Shown: piece after piece, positions 9,995 through 19,251 of the stretch
Numbering within the stretch: the stretch's first letter is position 1
Layout: every line of letters begins with the position of its first letter
IMG/VR virus record: IMGVR_UViG_3300037467_003067
Location: 32,001-96,000 of that record
Source: a virus
Lineage: Duplodnaviria > Caudoviricetes
Length of the DNA stretch: 64,000 nt
Reading direction: 5' to 3' (one strand)
Position numbers and translations under genes: made by a program
Notes under the pieces: model-generated
Seen by the model: only the letters and a program-made list of their open reading frames with translations
What the model was told of the DNA's origin: nothing
Database searches by the model: none

Positions 9995-10207
9995 ATGAAT
10001 CATTACGTAAACGACCTTGGAGTAGCGGCATTTGTTATGATGCACGGGTTCAAGATCATCCGCAAGACCGGTAATACCCTTTACTTCGACGTGGCTCCGG
10101 GTGACGTGGAAGAATTCGAGAGACTCCAGATGGAATATCTCAACAGCGACTTCCACCGCTTCGACTCGTTCCTGATGGCTATTAAGAAAATGAACAGCCG
10201 AGGCTAA
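9995..10207 (+). CDS. small DUF5659-like protein
   Basis: DLGVAAFVMMHGFKII..YF pattern; AAGGA SD. Confidence 0.55.
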   Translation: MNHYVNDLGVAAFVMMHGFKIIRKTGNTLYFDVAPGDVEEFERLQMEYLNSDFHRFDSFLMAIKKMNSRG

Positions 10208-10210
10208 ATA
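10204..10210 (+). promoter_or_regulatory. late-promoter-like box CTAAATA, 5 nt before ATG
   Basis: Recurrent motif directly before capsid-targeted genes; resembles the T4 late promoter TATAAATA. Confidence 0.6.
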
Positions 10211-10215
10211 AAACC

Positions 10216-11955
10216 ATGATTAGTTTTAAGGAATATAGGCTGAATGAGGCGGGCGGCGTTCCCTCCATGAAGCCAAGAAACGCGACATCTCAGGATGGTC
10301 TTGCGGCGCTGGAGGCTGAGGTTCTCGGCATCGTCGATACCTCGATCACCACGCTTCAGAAGTCTTTGAGGCAACGTGGTGGTGAGATGAATCCCTTCGA
10401 CGTGATGAGGCAAAATTTGCCTTGGTATCGCCGCTTGGGCAATTGGTGGAATCGTTTCTGGAACAACGACACTTCCAATGAATCACAGGAATATGGTCTT
10501 GAATTCCCGGATTTCATCCCTTTACACGAGCAGGAAGCCTTTCATGAACTTGAACTGATCATGGAAGGTCCCATCAATCATGCGATCGATCAAATGATGT
10601 ATCGCCTCCAAAGTCTCCGCGAGGAGCTTCACAAGGCAATCAAGCAGAGTTTCGCTACATACCGCCAGAGTCAGAGCCAACCGGGCGGCACTCAAGCGAC
10701 ATTACAACCGGCGACCACTTCAGACTTGCCTGCTAAATCCAATAAGGTAATGGATGCCAAGACCCAGACCTTCGATCCCGAAGACACAGATGATTCGGGC
10801 AGCACAAGCCCACTCCCCGACCCTGCGGATAGTGGTCCCGATGCTACAACGCCGGATGTTGGTTCTCCTCCGGAGACTCCCGAGTCGCCCGATGCGACTC
10901 CACCAGGGACTCCACCATCACGCCTGAGAGATGATATCCACATCGAAAATGTGGCAGCATTGACAGGTAGAGGGGACTATGGTTTGGCATCGAAGGTTGC
11001 GTTTGGTGGAAAAATCTATAAAGTCGCGAGTGCCAAATACAACAAGGCTGGAGAATTGGTCTCAGTTGAGGTCAAGGGAATCAAGGGCGAGATACCTGTT
11101 CCTGAGGAACTAGGCAAGAAGGTGGCGATTCGCTACGGCAGGCGAGAAGGCACGATCGAAGATATTCGGAAAAGCATCATCAACGGAGACCCTCCGATTT
11201 CTGATGAGCCATCGGGAACTTCGTCGGAACCAACGCCGACCCCAACCCCTCCAACACCACCGCCTGTTGACAGGAAACCCCCGGAAGAACCCCCGGTCGA
11301 CGATGAAATTGATACCAGTCCTATCGAAGACCCGGAAAGCGCCGAAGAAGGGGAGCATGACGTGTCTTGGTTGCCAGACAAGGACCAAAGGCTCTATGAC
11401 AAGGCGATGGCGGCGCGTGCCGAACGTGAAGCGATGGGCAAATTAACCCCTGCAGATCGATTCGAGCAATCGCTCAAGAATAATCCTGATTATTTGAATC
11501 CGACATTGCTGAAGATCATCGATTCGTCGCCAACGCCGGAATATCGACATTCCATTGTATCTTTCTTGGCTGGGATGTCGAAAGGGACTAGGATCTCGTT
11601 ATTCCCTCGTAATAATCACGGCTTCATGGATACCGATGTCGATCTGGGCAAGCTGGATTGGATTGCTGAGTTGAGTCCCGAGAAGGCTTACGAGGTCGGA
11701 GAAAAAATCGAAGACATGGACGAAGACAATCCGGGTTTCGACCTCAAGAAAGAGCTCGAACCTTACTTTGCCAATAAAGAAACATTCGATGCTTGGGTTA
11801 ACTCGCCAAACGAAAGTACGCATTCAAGAACTAAGATATTTGTGGAGAACTTGAAGAACAAACCTCCGAAGACCGACAAGGAAAATAAAGAGATACCGTT
11901 CGACAAACAAGTAACTCGTTATAAGAAAAAACTTAGGTCACGTGCTAAATCGTAA
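10216..11955 (+). CDS. putative internal head protein with capsid-targeting-like N-terminus and Pro/Asp-rich linkers
   Basis: N-terminus MISFKEYRLNEA; 579 aa. Confidence 0.65.
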   Translation: MISFKEYRLNEAGGVPSMKPRNATSQDGLAALEAEVLGIVDTSITTLQKSLRQRGGEMNPFDVMRQNLPWYRRLGNWWNRFWNNDTSNESQEYGLEFPDFIPLHEQEAFHELELIMEGPINHAIDQMMYRLQSLREELHKAIKQSFATYRQSQSQPGGTQATLQPATTSDLPAKSNKVMDAKTQTFDPEDTDDSGSTSPLPDPADSGPDATTPDVGSPPETPESPDATPPGTPPSRLRDDIHIENVAALTGRGDYGLASKVAFGGKIYKVASAKYNKAGELVSVEVKGIKGEIPVPEELGKKVAIRYGRREGTIEDIRKSIINGDPPISDEPSGTSSEPTPTPTPPTPPPVDRKPPEEPPVDDEIDTSPIEDPESAEEGEHDVSWLPDKDQRLYDKAMAARAEREAMGKLTPADRFEQSLKNNPDYLNPTLLKIIDSSPTPEYRHSIVSFLAGMSKGTRISLFPRNNHGFMDTDVDLGKLDWIAELSPEKAYEVGEKIEDMDEDNPGFDLKKELEPYFANKETFDAWVNSPNESTHSRTKIFVENLKNKPPKTDKENKEIPFDKQVTRYKKKLRSRAKS

Positions 11956-11957
11956 CT

Positions 11958-12001
11958 AAACAAAAGGCTTCTCAGGAATGATTCTGAGAAGCCTTTTGTT
12001 T
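11958..12001. terminator. bidirectional terminator
   Basis: AAAAGGCTTCTCAG...CTGAGAAGCCTTTT between convergent genes. Confidence 0.85.
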
Positions 12002-12006
12002 TGTAC

Positions 12007-12966
12007 TTACTGGCTCAGCAATTCGGTTGCAAGTTTGTCGAGTTCCTCGCCTGCACTACCCTCGATCAACGTGTAGTCGGCGACTTTGACTGGTTTAAGG
12101 TCGATGATGTATTTGTTTTTCACCTGGGAAAAGAAAGGAAGCAGCCAGGCAGCGGGGTAGACCTGTGCCGAGGTACCGCAGCAGATGAATACGCCGTTGC
12201 GATACTTGACTTCCTTGACCAATTTGGCTACTCGGTCGTAAGTTAGATCCACAGCTTCGCCGAACCAGACTACCTCGGGACGCAAGTGACGTTGACATTT
12301 GGGGCATCTCTCGCCTTCAACAACGGGCTTGTCAGTTTCGGTCTTGTAGTCGCAGGTGAAGATGGTGTCGCCATCGAGGTTGCTGATCTCATGATGTCGT
12401 TCGCATTTTTTGCGATTGATGAATCCATGGAGATGCCAGACGTCCTTGCATCCGGCGCGTTCCAAGAGGTCGTCGATGTTCTGCGTGATGTTGACCACGT
12501 TGAACTTCTCCTGGAGTCGGGCAATTGCCTTGTGAGCTAGATTCGGCTCAGCCGCCTTGATTGCCTCGAATCGCTGCGCGTAGAAATCCAGGACCAACGA
12601 ACGGTTCTTGATCCAGCCGTCCTGGCTTGCGACATCTTCCACGCGATGTTGCTCCCATAGAGAATCATTGCCTCTAAATGTGGGGATACCGCTTTCAGCC
12701 GAAAGCCCGGCACCGCTGAAGACCACGATGGTCCTCTTGTCAGCCGGTTCGGTCGGCAAGTTTTCTTGTTCCAGCACTTCATCAAACACTTGATTCTCCT
12801 TCTTTGATTCCAGAGTAGCTGCCGGTTCGGTCAAGCTCTGGTAGCCACAATGGGGGCAATGATAGGGATTGGACGGATCGCCGTCGCCGATGGTCCACCA
12901 ACCTCGACAGTTGCCGCATCCCAAATGTAACAAGTTTTCGATCGAGTAGCAATGCTTATTCTTCAT
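12007..12966 (-). CDS. cobB: Sir2/CobB NAD-dependent deacylase with an N-terminal Zn ribbon
   Basis: GAGLSAESGIPTFR, TQNIDDL, LHG, RPEVVWFGE and GTS motifs; class III YxxR (FYAQR). Confidence 0.9.
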   Translation of the reverse strand: MKNKHCYSIENLLHLGCGNCRGWWTIGDGDPSNPYHCPHCGYQSLTEPAATLESKKENQVFDEVLEQENLPTEPADKRTIVVFSGAGLSAESGIPTFRGNDSLWEQHRVEDVASQDGWIKNRSLVLDFYAQRFEAIKAAEPNLAHKAIARLQEKFNVVNITQNIDDLLERAGCKDVWHLHGFINRKKCERHHEISNLDGDTIFTCDYKTETDKPVVEGERCPKCQRHLRPEVVWFGEAVDLTYDRVAKLVKEVKYRNGVFICCGTSAQVYPAAWLLPFFSQVKNKYIIDLKPVKVADYTLIEGSAGEELDKLATELLSQ

Positions 12967-13520
12967 TAATTTTCCATTGCTTTCTCGTTAAGGATTTGGT
13001 CCCATTTCCTGGTATCTCTCCAATGAGACAATGTATTTGTGCTAATCGATGTTCCGTACAACTTGTTGGCAGATTCTAAGAAGTTGAGCAAAAGTTCTGC
13101 TTCAACTTTTAACCCGAGCAATCGCAAACTTTCTAGGACACGAGTAATGCGCAGGTGATTGTGATTGAACTCAGACCAAATATACCTCTTTTTGTCGAAG
13201 TTTGGGGATGGAATAAGATGATCGCAAACAGCAGATTCGGAGCTTTCGCATTGTAATCCGAGGAAGACTAAAAATCTATAAAAAGAACAACTTAAGTTGT
13301 TCTTTAATTCAGAATCAGACCGGAACAATATCATGTCTTCTTCATCGGGTTCCGGAGCATCTTCATTAAACATGCTTTTGGTTAAGGTAGGAAACCACCA
13401 CTGAATATAGTCATGGCATACTTCGAGTTTCTCATCTGACCAGCCCCACATTTCTACTAGCATCCTACCTTCAGAATCAGGATCAATGTCTCTATAAAAA
13501 TCAATTAATCTCTGGTTCAT
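12966..13520 (-). CDS. OGFr N-terminal domain protein
   Basis: LEVCHDYIQWWFP and NHNHLRITRVLESL signatures. Confidence 0.85.
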   Translation of the reverse strand: MNQRLIDFYRDIDPDSEGRMLVEMWGWSDEKLEVCHDYIQWWFPTLTKSMFNEDAPEPDEEDMILFRSDSELKNNLSCSFYRFLVFLGLQCESSESAVCDHLIPSPNFDKKRYIWSEFNHNHLRITRVLESLRLLGLKVEAELLLNFLESANKLYGTSISTNTLSHWRDTRKWDQILNEKAMEN

Positions 13521-14001
13521 TGATTACCTTTATTTTTATTGGAAACTCTACAACACTGTATTCACTTAGGATTCCATCATTGAAAATATCACGTCGTTCA
13601 ATAGCTTCGGCTAGGGTAAATCGCGTGGCTTCATCGAAGTCTTTGACCCATTTGCCTCTATCTTTATTCGCGAAATAGCGAATATCATCACCACGTTGGT
13701 ATGCGACGACATAGATTTGAAAATATTGTTGGTCTTTTTCAAAATAATGTCCATTATAAGGACCAACATCTTTAACGAATTTCTCCACTTCCCTCCGAAG
13801 ATCGTTTACAATGTTTACAACGAGATCACTTTCATGTCTGCGAATTTCTGATTTTGTCCAAGATCGCCCATCATGTTGTTCTGTCGAGTCCACAGACAAA
13901 TAAACTGAGAGACTTTTCCTTGGGCAAAATGTGTCTGGGTTGAGACAATCAGGAAGAGGCTTTGTTCTTATTCTGAATTTACTTCGGATTATATCGTTCA
14001 T
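13501..14001 (-). CDS. hypothetical protein
   Basis: Operonic ORF, AT-rich. Confidence 0.6.
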   Translation of the reverse strand: MNDIIRSKFRIRTKPLPDCLNPDTFCPRKSLSVYLSVDSTEQHDGRSWTKSEIRRHESDLVVNIVNDLRREVEKFVKDVGPYNGHYFEKDQQYFQIYVVAYQRGDDIRYFANKDRGKWVKDFDEATRFTLAEAIERRDIFNDGILSEYSVVEFPIKIKVINEPEIN

Positions 14002-14441
14002 TTCTTAAACTTCTCCTTAGCCGCCCTGGCATGGGCTGTAATCGACGCGATGTCCACGAATGGGCTATCGTTCACTTTGGTCACGGGCTTGCGTTCTGGA
14101 GCATTCTGAGCAACTTTCTCGGGAGGGTAGATGTTGGGATTGTGCTTGAACAACTCCCGCTTCATCTCTTCATACTCCTTGGAAGATTGCTCATACTCCT
14201 GCTTGTCCGCAACGACGCTCTCCTCGGCGATGGCAACGATCGCGGGCGTCATGATGAAGGTCTTCTTGTGATTGATGACGTTGGTCAAGCAGATGCCGCA
14301 CTCGTTCACCGAGTTGACAATGCCGACAAAGTAATCCAAGTTTTGCTCTGGTTTCAAATTCCAATTAATTTGCCTCGTGTGGATGGTACATACCTTCCCC
14401 ACGAAGTAATCAAACGATTCGATGGGATCATGTGGGTTCAT
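13998..14441 (-). CDS. hypothetical protein (possible Sm-like N-domain)
   Basis: FVGKVCTI..FVGIV..GICL..FI..AIVAI beta pattern. Confidence 0.55.
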   Translation of the reverse strand: MNPHDPIESFDYFVGKVCTIHTRQINWNLKPEQNLDYFVGIVNSVNECGICLTNVINHKKTFIMTPAIVAIAEESVVADKQEYEQSSKEYEEMKRELFKHNPNIYPPEKVAQNAPERKPVTKVNDSPFVDIASITAHARAAKEKFKK

Positions 14442-14459
14442 CTCATAATCGAGTAATTA

Positions 14460-15494
14460 TTAAACATTTTCCGCGAATAATTGCTCAGCCGTGATGAGGT
14501 CAAATGGTTTCAGATGGCTTTCGACATACCTGCCAACCAAGATGCCGAATTGGATGTAGAGGTCATTCCAGTCCTTGTATCCCTTGGGGGGACGGACGAA
14601 CTTGACGTTCTTGAACCCCTCTTCCAGCATCTTGGTCCCAGCGCGGAACACGGCACCGGCACCCGGTTTGTCGATGTCGCCGCACAAACAAATGTTATAC
14701 TGTCTGAGAATCTTTTGCTGGACGGTCGTCAGATTGCTTCCGCCGACCGAGCAACTATTCAGACCGCACAGGTTCAGGACCATCGCGTCGAATTCGCCTT
14801 CGGTGACATGAAGTATGCTTCCTGGCTCGACCCACTTGGGCATGAAGAGGACATCGCCCTTGCCGATGCCGATCTCCTTGTCGGGACCACGATACTTGGC
14901 AGGCTTGGACGAATCGCCGAAGTAACGACCGTTGTAATAGACCAATTCACCGTCCTTGTCATAATAGGGAATGACGATCCGTTCCCGGAATTCGTTCTTC
15001 GTCCCGACGTACAAACCTTCCAGAGGAATACCTCGACCCAGCAGGTATTTCTCGGCATTCTTCCTCAGGTAATTCCAGGAAGGCAGACTCTCGATCGGCA
15101 CGACACCTTCGGGAAAGGTCAATGCTTTCTTCGTCTGTGGAACTTCAGTGACCAATAGGGTTTCGGTTTTTTTGGCTGCGAAAAACGCTTCCAGTTCTTT
15201 GTCGTAATCGGGGTCGTGAACGTCGAGGATGTCGCAGGCTTCGTCATAGGAACAGTTCTCGACATCCATGACCAACCTGATCAGAGTTCCCTTGGTCCCG
15301 CTAATCCAGCACTGGAAGCAGCCGTGTTCTCGTTCGCCCTTCTTGGTCATGCCATCGGGACGGCACCAGAGCTTGTGCTTAGTGTCGTTCTTGTCGGGGT
15401 CGTAGGGCGAGTTCAACTTGATCTCGTCGCCGTGGGTCTTGATACTGTCGAATTTCTTGTCAGCCCAATTATAAAAAACATCGTAGTCAATCAT
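14460..15494 (-). CDS. dnaG: DNA primase (T4 gp61/DnaG-like)
   Basis: RIVIPY, YYNGR, KY and the TOPRIM motifs TEGEFDA, GDID and KDWND. Confidence 0.9.
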   Translation of the reverse strand: MIDYDVFYNWADKKFDSIKTHGDEIKLNSPYDPDKNDTKHKLWCRPDGMTKKGEREHGCFQCWISGTKGTLIRLVMDVENCSYDEACDILDVHDPDYDKELEAFFAAKKTETLLVTEVPQTKKALTFPEGVVPIESLPSWNYLRKNAEKYLLGRGIPLEGLYVGTKNEFRERIVIPYYDKDGELVYYNGRYFGDSSKPAKYRGPDKEIGIGKGDVLFMPKWVEPGSILHVTEGEFDAMVLNLCGLNSCSVGGSNLTTVQQKILRQYNICLCGDIDKPGAGAVFRAGTKMLEEGFKNVKFVRPPKGYKDWNDLYIQFGILVGRYVESHLKPFDLITAEQLFAENV

Positions 15495-15533
15495 TGTTTT
15501 CTTATTTTCCAGTGGTTTTGAGGGATGTGATTC

Positions 15534-15567
15534 TTGACATTCTCTCATATTAGTGGTAAGATGTCAA
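15534..15567. promoter_or_regulatory. overlapping divergent sigma70-type promoters
   Basis: + strand: TTGACA(15534)-17-TAAGAT. - strand: TTGACA(15567)-17-GAGAAT. Confidence 0.65.
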
Positions 15568-15613
15568 TCTAACAATATTTAAGGTTTTTTAAATAAAAAG
15601 GCAAATAGAAACG

Positions 15614-16381
15614 GTGGATATACAACATATCAGTGTATCGAGACACTCGCTGTTCCATGAATGTGCGGAGAAATACAGGTTCCAGTATCACTTAAAGACG
15701 CCTTCGCCCGAGCCGGAACCGATCTATTTCGCGTATGGCAAGATGGTCCACAAGATCGGGGAATTGTACGTCGAAGGCAAGGACCCGTCCAGGTTCAACG
15801 AGATCGTCAACGACGTGATGAACGGGAAGATCGAGATAGAGGAGGGCAAGACCGCTCCCAAGCTCGACGAGGAATACTCCCAGAAGCTTGGCGAGCATCT
15901 CAAGAACCTCAGGGAGTTCACCTTAAAGATCGGCATGGATTATCCCGGTCATACTGAATATCAATTTAAATATGATCTGATGCCTCCCAATGAATACTAC
16001 GTGACGGGTTTCATCGACCGGATCGTCATCAAGGACGGCAAGTATTTCATTTTAGACTATAAAACCACGAAGAAGGGTCCTTGGCGCAAGAACAAGAACA
16101 CAGTCCTCAAAGACCTTCAGTTGCGGCTTTACGCCAACGTCGTCCACAAGGAATTCGGAGTAGACCCCGAAAATATCCACTGCTGTCTCTATTATCTTGA
16201 TGGCGGCAATCTGGTCGGAGCGACCTACAACAAGCAGTCGATGGAGGAAGCCGAGAAGGAGTTGCTCGACACCTATATCCAGATACACAACCTCGACCCA
16301 GCCAAGGTGAAGGGGACTGTGGGATCACACTGTAATCGTTGCCCGTTCAGAAACCTGTGTATGTGGAATGCTCTTTCTTGA
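15614..16381 (+). CDS. PD-(D/E)XK Cas4/RecB-like exonuclease with Fe-S cysteines
   Basis: N-terminal Cys, GFIDR, DYKT, QLRLY and CNRCPFRNLC. Confidence 0.85.
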   Translation: MDIQHISVSRHSLFHECAEKYRFQYHLKTPSPEPEPIYFAYGKMVHKIGELYVEGKDPSRFNEIVNDVMNGKIEIEEGKTAPKLDEEYSQKLGEHLKNLREFTLKIGMDYPGHTEYQFKYDLMPPNEYYVTGFIDRIVIKDGKYFILDYKTTKKGPWRKNKNTVLKDLQLRLYANVVHKEFGVDPENIHCCLYYLDGGNLVGATYNKQSMEEAEKELLDTYIQIHNLDPAKVKGTVGSHCNRCPFRNLCMWNALS

Positions 16382-16388
16382 GGATAAT

Positions 16389-16898
16389 ATGGACTCTAGT
16401 AAAACACTGTTGACGTTGGCGATTTCACATAATATCTACTTGACCCGAGAGGAACGCAATCGACTTGCCAATGGCGACTCGATATCGGTCACGGGGGTAT
16501 CGATGCCGGTGTGGTACGGCAAGGGGAAGACGACCGAGCCGGGCAAGGAAGTCTTTTGTCACTATACCCTGCACAATTCGCCCAACGCGAAATCGGAAAT
16601 CTATTTCAAGACCGATGGCTATGAATTCAATTTGCCGCAGTTGCCACGGAATTTCGAGATGCCTCAGGAGATCGACGATAAGGATTGGGCGAATCTGGAA
16701 CCGGAAGAGCGTGAGGCGATCGGAGAAGAGCGATACGTCCCGGTCAATGGCAAGTACCTGCTGGACGTGAAGGATGGAGGGTCGGAGCGACTGTGCTTCG
16801 ACCAGGTGGCTTACGCAAAGATGCGTGGCATCCCTACGACCGTGTTTCACACGATTCTCATCGCTGATATGAAAATGTTGGAAAATTCTCTTTGTTAA
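16389..16898 (+). CDS. hypothetical protein
   Basis: GAGGA SD; operonic. Confidence 0.6.
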   Translation: MDSSKTLLTLAISHNIYLTREERNRLANGDSISVTGVSMPVWYGKGKTTEPGKEVFCHYTLHNSPNAKSEIYFKTDGYEFNLPQLPRNFEMPQEIDDKDWANLEPEEREAIGEERYVPVNGKYLLDVKDGGSERLCFDQVAYAKMRGIPTTVFHTILIADMKMLENSLC

Positions 16899-17425
16899 TC
16901 GGTGGGGCAATCTCGTAAAGCAAGACCTAACCGGAGACTGATCGTATCGCCAGCGGTGAGGCTGAATGGGCTTCCCAGATTGGCTGAGGCGATCAGTGAT
17001 CCGGTTAGGTCATTTTTATCGGTGAGGAAGATATTTCTCACCGGACCCCAAGATCCGCCCAAGGCTCGGAATGTGACAATGGCTGTGCTGGCTCGGTAGC
17101 TGCCGCCCGTATTGTCGATGGTGAATCCCGTCGTCGAGCTCACGGGCTGCCGGGTGTAACCGTTGGCACTTGGTTCGCCGAGGATGCCCGCCATGACATC
17201 GCCGGGAGCGATGGTGGTGCGGTTGTCGAGACCGAGGAAGTAGTAATTGGGAATGTAGGAATTATTGGTAGGACCGCCAGCGAACAGGGCTTGGAGCAGG
17301 AATTGCTCTCCCGAAGTGTGCAACATATTGCCGATATCGTGCTTCTCCCACAGGATATCACCCTGCGCATTCGAGTGACGAATTTCGATCACTCGCATCA
17401 AACCATTCCAATTAATGTTGCTCAT
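16895..17425 (-). CDS. putative virion (tail-associated) protein
   Basis: Beta-rich; EPSANGYTRQ and LTAGDTI patterns seen in tail proteins. ATATATA box 5 nt before the ATG. Confidence 0.55.
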   Translation of the reverse strand: MSNINWNGLMRVIEIRHSNAQGDILWEKHDIGNMLHTSGEQFLLQALFAGGPTNNSYIPNYYFLGLDNRTTIAPGDVMAGILGEPSANGYTRQPVSSTTGFTIDNTGGSYRASTAIVTFRALGGSWGPVRNIFLTDKNDLTGSLIASANLGSPFSLTAGDTISLRLGLALRDCPTD

Positions 17426-17429
17426 ACAT

Positions 17430-17437
17430 CTATATAT
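17430..17437. promoter_or_regulatory. bidirectional TATATA late-promoter-like box
   Basis: It is the only motif in a 17-bp gap between divergent ATGs (17425 on -, 17443 on +). Confidence 0.55.
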
Positions 17438-17442
17438 GGTTA

Positions 17443-17643
17443 ATGGAATCGTTTGCAAATTGGTTATTGAAACTCGAAATCGGGATGGTCCCGGAACCGG
17501 ACAAGCCCGAGCGACCCTGGCTAACGGCGTTGCCGACTGTGACGTTGGACGGCAGTGATTTGCCGCCGACGACCGCAAGCAACGCGCGTCAACGAAAGCT
17601 CATCCAACAGCGACGGATGCGGAAACGCATGAAGGATTCATGA
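17443..17643 (+). CDS. small basic protein with capsid-targeting-like N-terminus
   Basis: MESFANWLLKLE; Arg/Lys-rich C-tail. Confidence 0.55.
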   Translation: MESFANWLLKLEIGMVPEPDKPERPWLTALPTVTLDGSDLPPTTASNARQRKLIQQRRMRKRMKDS

Positions 17644-18238
17644 TTATTTCCGGTGCTACTGTGGTAGGAAAATTCAACATCTGATTCTGCCAAATCATCC
17701 AGTATTGCCACATTCTGGTCTTGTAATTCTCGACCTCGATCATCTGGGAACTGATGGTATTCAAGGTTAGCGGTTTTTTGAAGTCGATCGGCGGCAAAAG
17801 GTCATTCAGCTTATCATGGTAGTTCCGGACGAAGGATTGCCACAACCATGCCTGCTTGGCGACCTTGTAGGTCAATGGGCTGAGCAAGTTGTCGTAATAG
17901 TGGGTATAGAGATTTTCTGGCATGGGATGCTTACTTCGATTGGCAGCGGTCGGGATCGACGAATCCCCACATGTGACCAAAGAATAATCCTTAGGGATGA
18001 GTTTGGGAAAGATTTGAGTCTTGGGATCTAATTCTTCGTCCGTTTTCGGCGGTAATATAGCAGAGGAGTCAATCGGGTCCAGATCCCACAACCTCAACAG
18101 CAGTTTCTCGGTATTGGGCTGGGAATGGACACAAACCATCTTGCGGCTTTCGCCTCGGCTAACCTGGAGGGAGAAGGGAACTTGGATGAACTTCCAAAGT
18201 AAGTTTCTGCTCTCTAAGTATTCTAAATATATTCTCAT
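17600..18238 (-). CDS. hypothetical protein
   Basis: 212-aa ORF; overlaps the convergent gene by 44 bp. Confidence 0.55.
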   Translation of the reverse strand: MRIYLEYLESRNLLWKFIQVPFSLQVSRGESRKMVCVHSQPNTEKLLLRLWDLDPIDSSAILPPKTDEELDPKTQIFPKLIPKDYSLVTCGDSSIPTAANRSKHPMPENLYTHYYDNLLSPLTYKVAKQAWLWQSFVRNYHDKLNDLLPPIDFKKPLTLNTISSQMIEVENYKTRMWQYWMIWQNQMLNFPTTVAPEIIMNPSCVSASVAVG

Positions 18239-18312
18239 TGTTTAAGACCTTAAAATCCCTGGTGAGAGACCCACCAGGGACCTTGAATCCAATATCGATC
18301 AGGACTTTCGAA

Positions 18313-18639
18313 TTAGCGATCTAGATTTTCCCGGAAGTGAGACTGGAAAGAATAGAAGGACTGGTCATCGTCATCTTCGTCATCTTCATCGTCGTCATCC
18401 CATTCCTCATCATCTTCGTCGCCATCATCCTCATCGTCCCAATCGAACTCTTCATCCTCATCGTCCCAATCGAAACCATCGTCCTCGTCTTCATCCTCCC
18501 AATCGAATTCATCATCATCCTCATCTTCGTCCCAACCAAGATCATCGTCTTCATCGCTCTCTTGGATTTCACGGACCGCTTCCTGACCCCAATAAAGCCA
18601 ATCGAATTCGCTATCCTTCAAATGATCAATGTTACCCAT
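18313..18639 (-). CDS. extremely acidic Trp-punctuated low-complexity protein
   Basis: Repeats of FDW(D/E)DED; AGGAG SD. Confidence 0.75.
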   Translation of the reverse strand: MGNIDHLKDSEFDWLYWGQEAVREIQESDEDDDLGWDEDEDDDEFDWEDEDEDDGFDWDDEDEEFDWDDEDDGDEDDEEWDDDDEDDEDDDDQSFYSFQSHFRENLDR

Positions 18640-18768
18640 CTTAAATCTCTCCTAAAATGAAAAGAGCTAATTATTACCGACACGATCCTGATTACTTTTC
18701 CTATTAACGCAGAACTGACTAAAAAATAATAGTTCTCTTGGTAATTTTTTCACTAAAATTTAAGTTAA

Positions 18769-18936
18769 TTAATCCCCCACAACAAAATAAGTGCTGGATT
18801 CGGAGATGAGTTGATCATTGAGACGAATCTCGGCTGCGACACATATGTGTTTGGTTTCGTAATTGTACTCGAAATCAGAGGTAAGCACGATGGACAGATT
18901 TTCCCGCAGGAATTCTATGAGTTCTTCTGGCGACAT
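18769..18936 (-). CDS. small hypothetical protein (55 aa), absent from the ORF track
   Basis: Translated by hand: MSPEELIEFLRENLSIVLTS...YFVVGD*; AAGG upstream. Confidence 0.55.
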   Translation of the reverse strand: MSPEELIEFLRENLSIVLTSDFEYNYETKHICVAAEIRLNDQLISESSTYFVVGD

Positions 18937-19050
18937 TGGAATTGACCTTAGAAAGTGAGAATTGAATGTAGAGACATATTCTAGCAGGGATTTAAGTTAT
19001 TTTCAATAGAAAAGAAAATGCCCAAGAAAGGATTCTTGGGCATCTCATGA

Positions 19051-19251
19051 TTAGCAGGTTTTGTAGCTCGACCCGTTCGAGGATCTGTGGGTGGTGCCGG
19101 AACTGTTGACTTGATAACGGATGAAGCAGCCTCGTTTCACGATGACCTTGTGTTCGGTCGGGGTTCCGCAACCGCCACCGCAGCATGAATGGTTGGCGGG
19201 CTTCTGTGGCTTGAAATACTCGGGAGAATACTTAGACGGTGGATATGCCAT
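19051..19251 (-). CDS. small Cys-rich protein
   Basis: GGAGG SD; SCCGGGCG motif; overlaps the end of the protease gene. Confidence 0.5.
   Translation of the reverse strand: MAYPPSKYSPEYFKPQKPANHSCCGGGCGTPTEHKVIVKRGCFIRYQVNSSGTTHRSSNGSSYKTC

Noticed and set aside
15614-16381. Cas4-like gene as part of a CRISPR system
   Set aside because: No repeat-spacer array or other cas genes were seen; solo Cas4-like nucleases are common in phages.
18360-18560. Short DNA repeats (TCCCAATCGAA) as a CRISPR or iteron array
   Set aside because: They are fully explained by the FDW(D/E) peptide repeats of the acidic protein.
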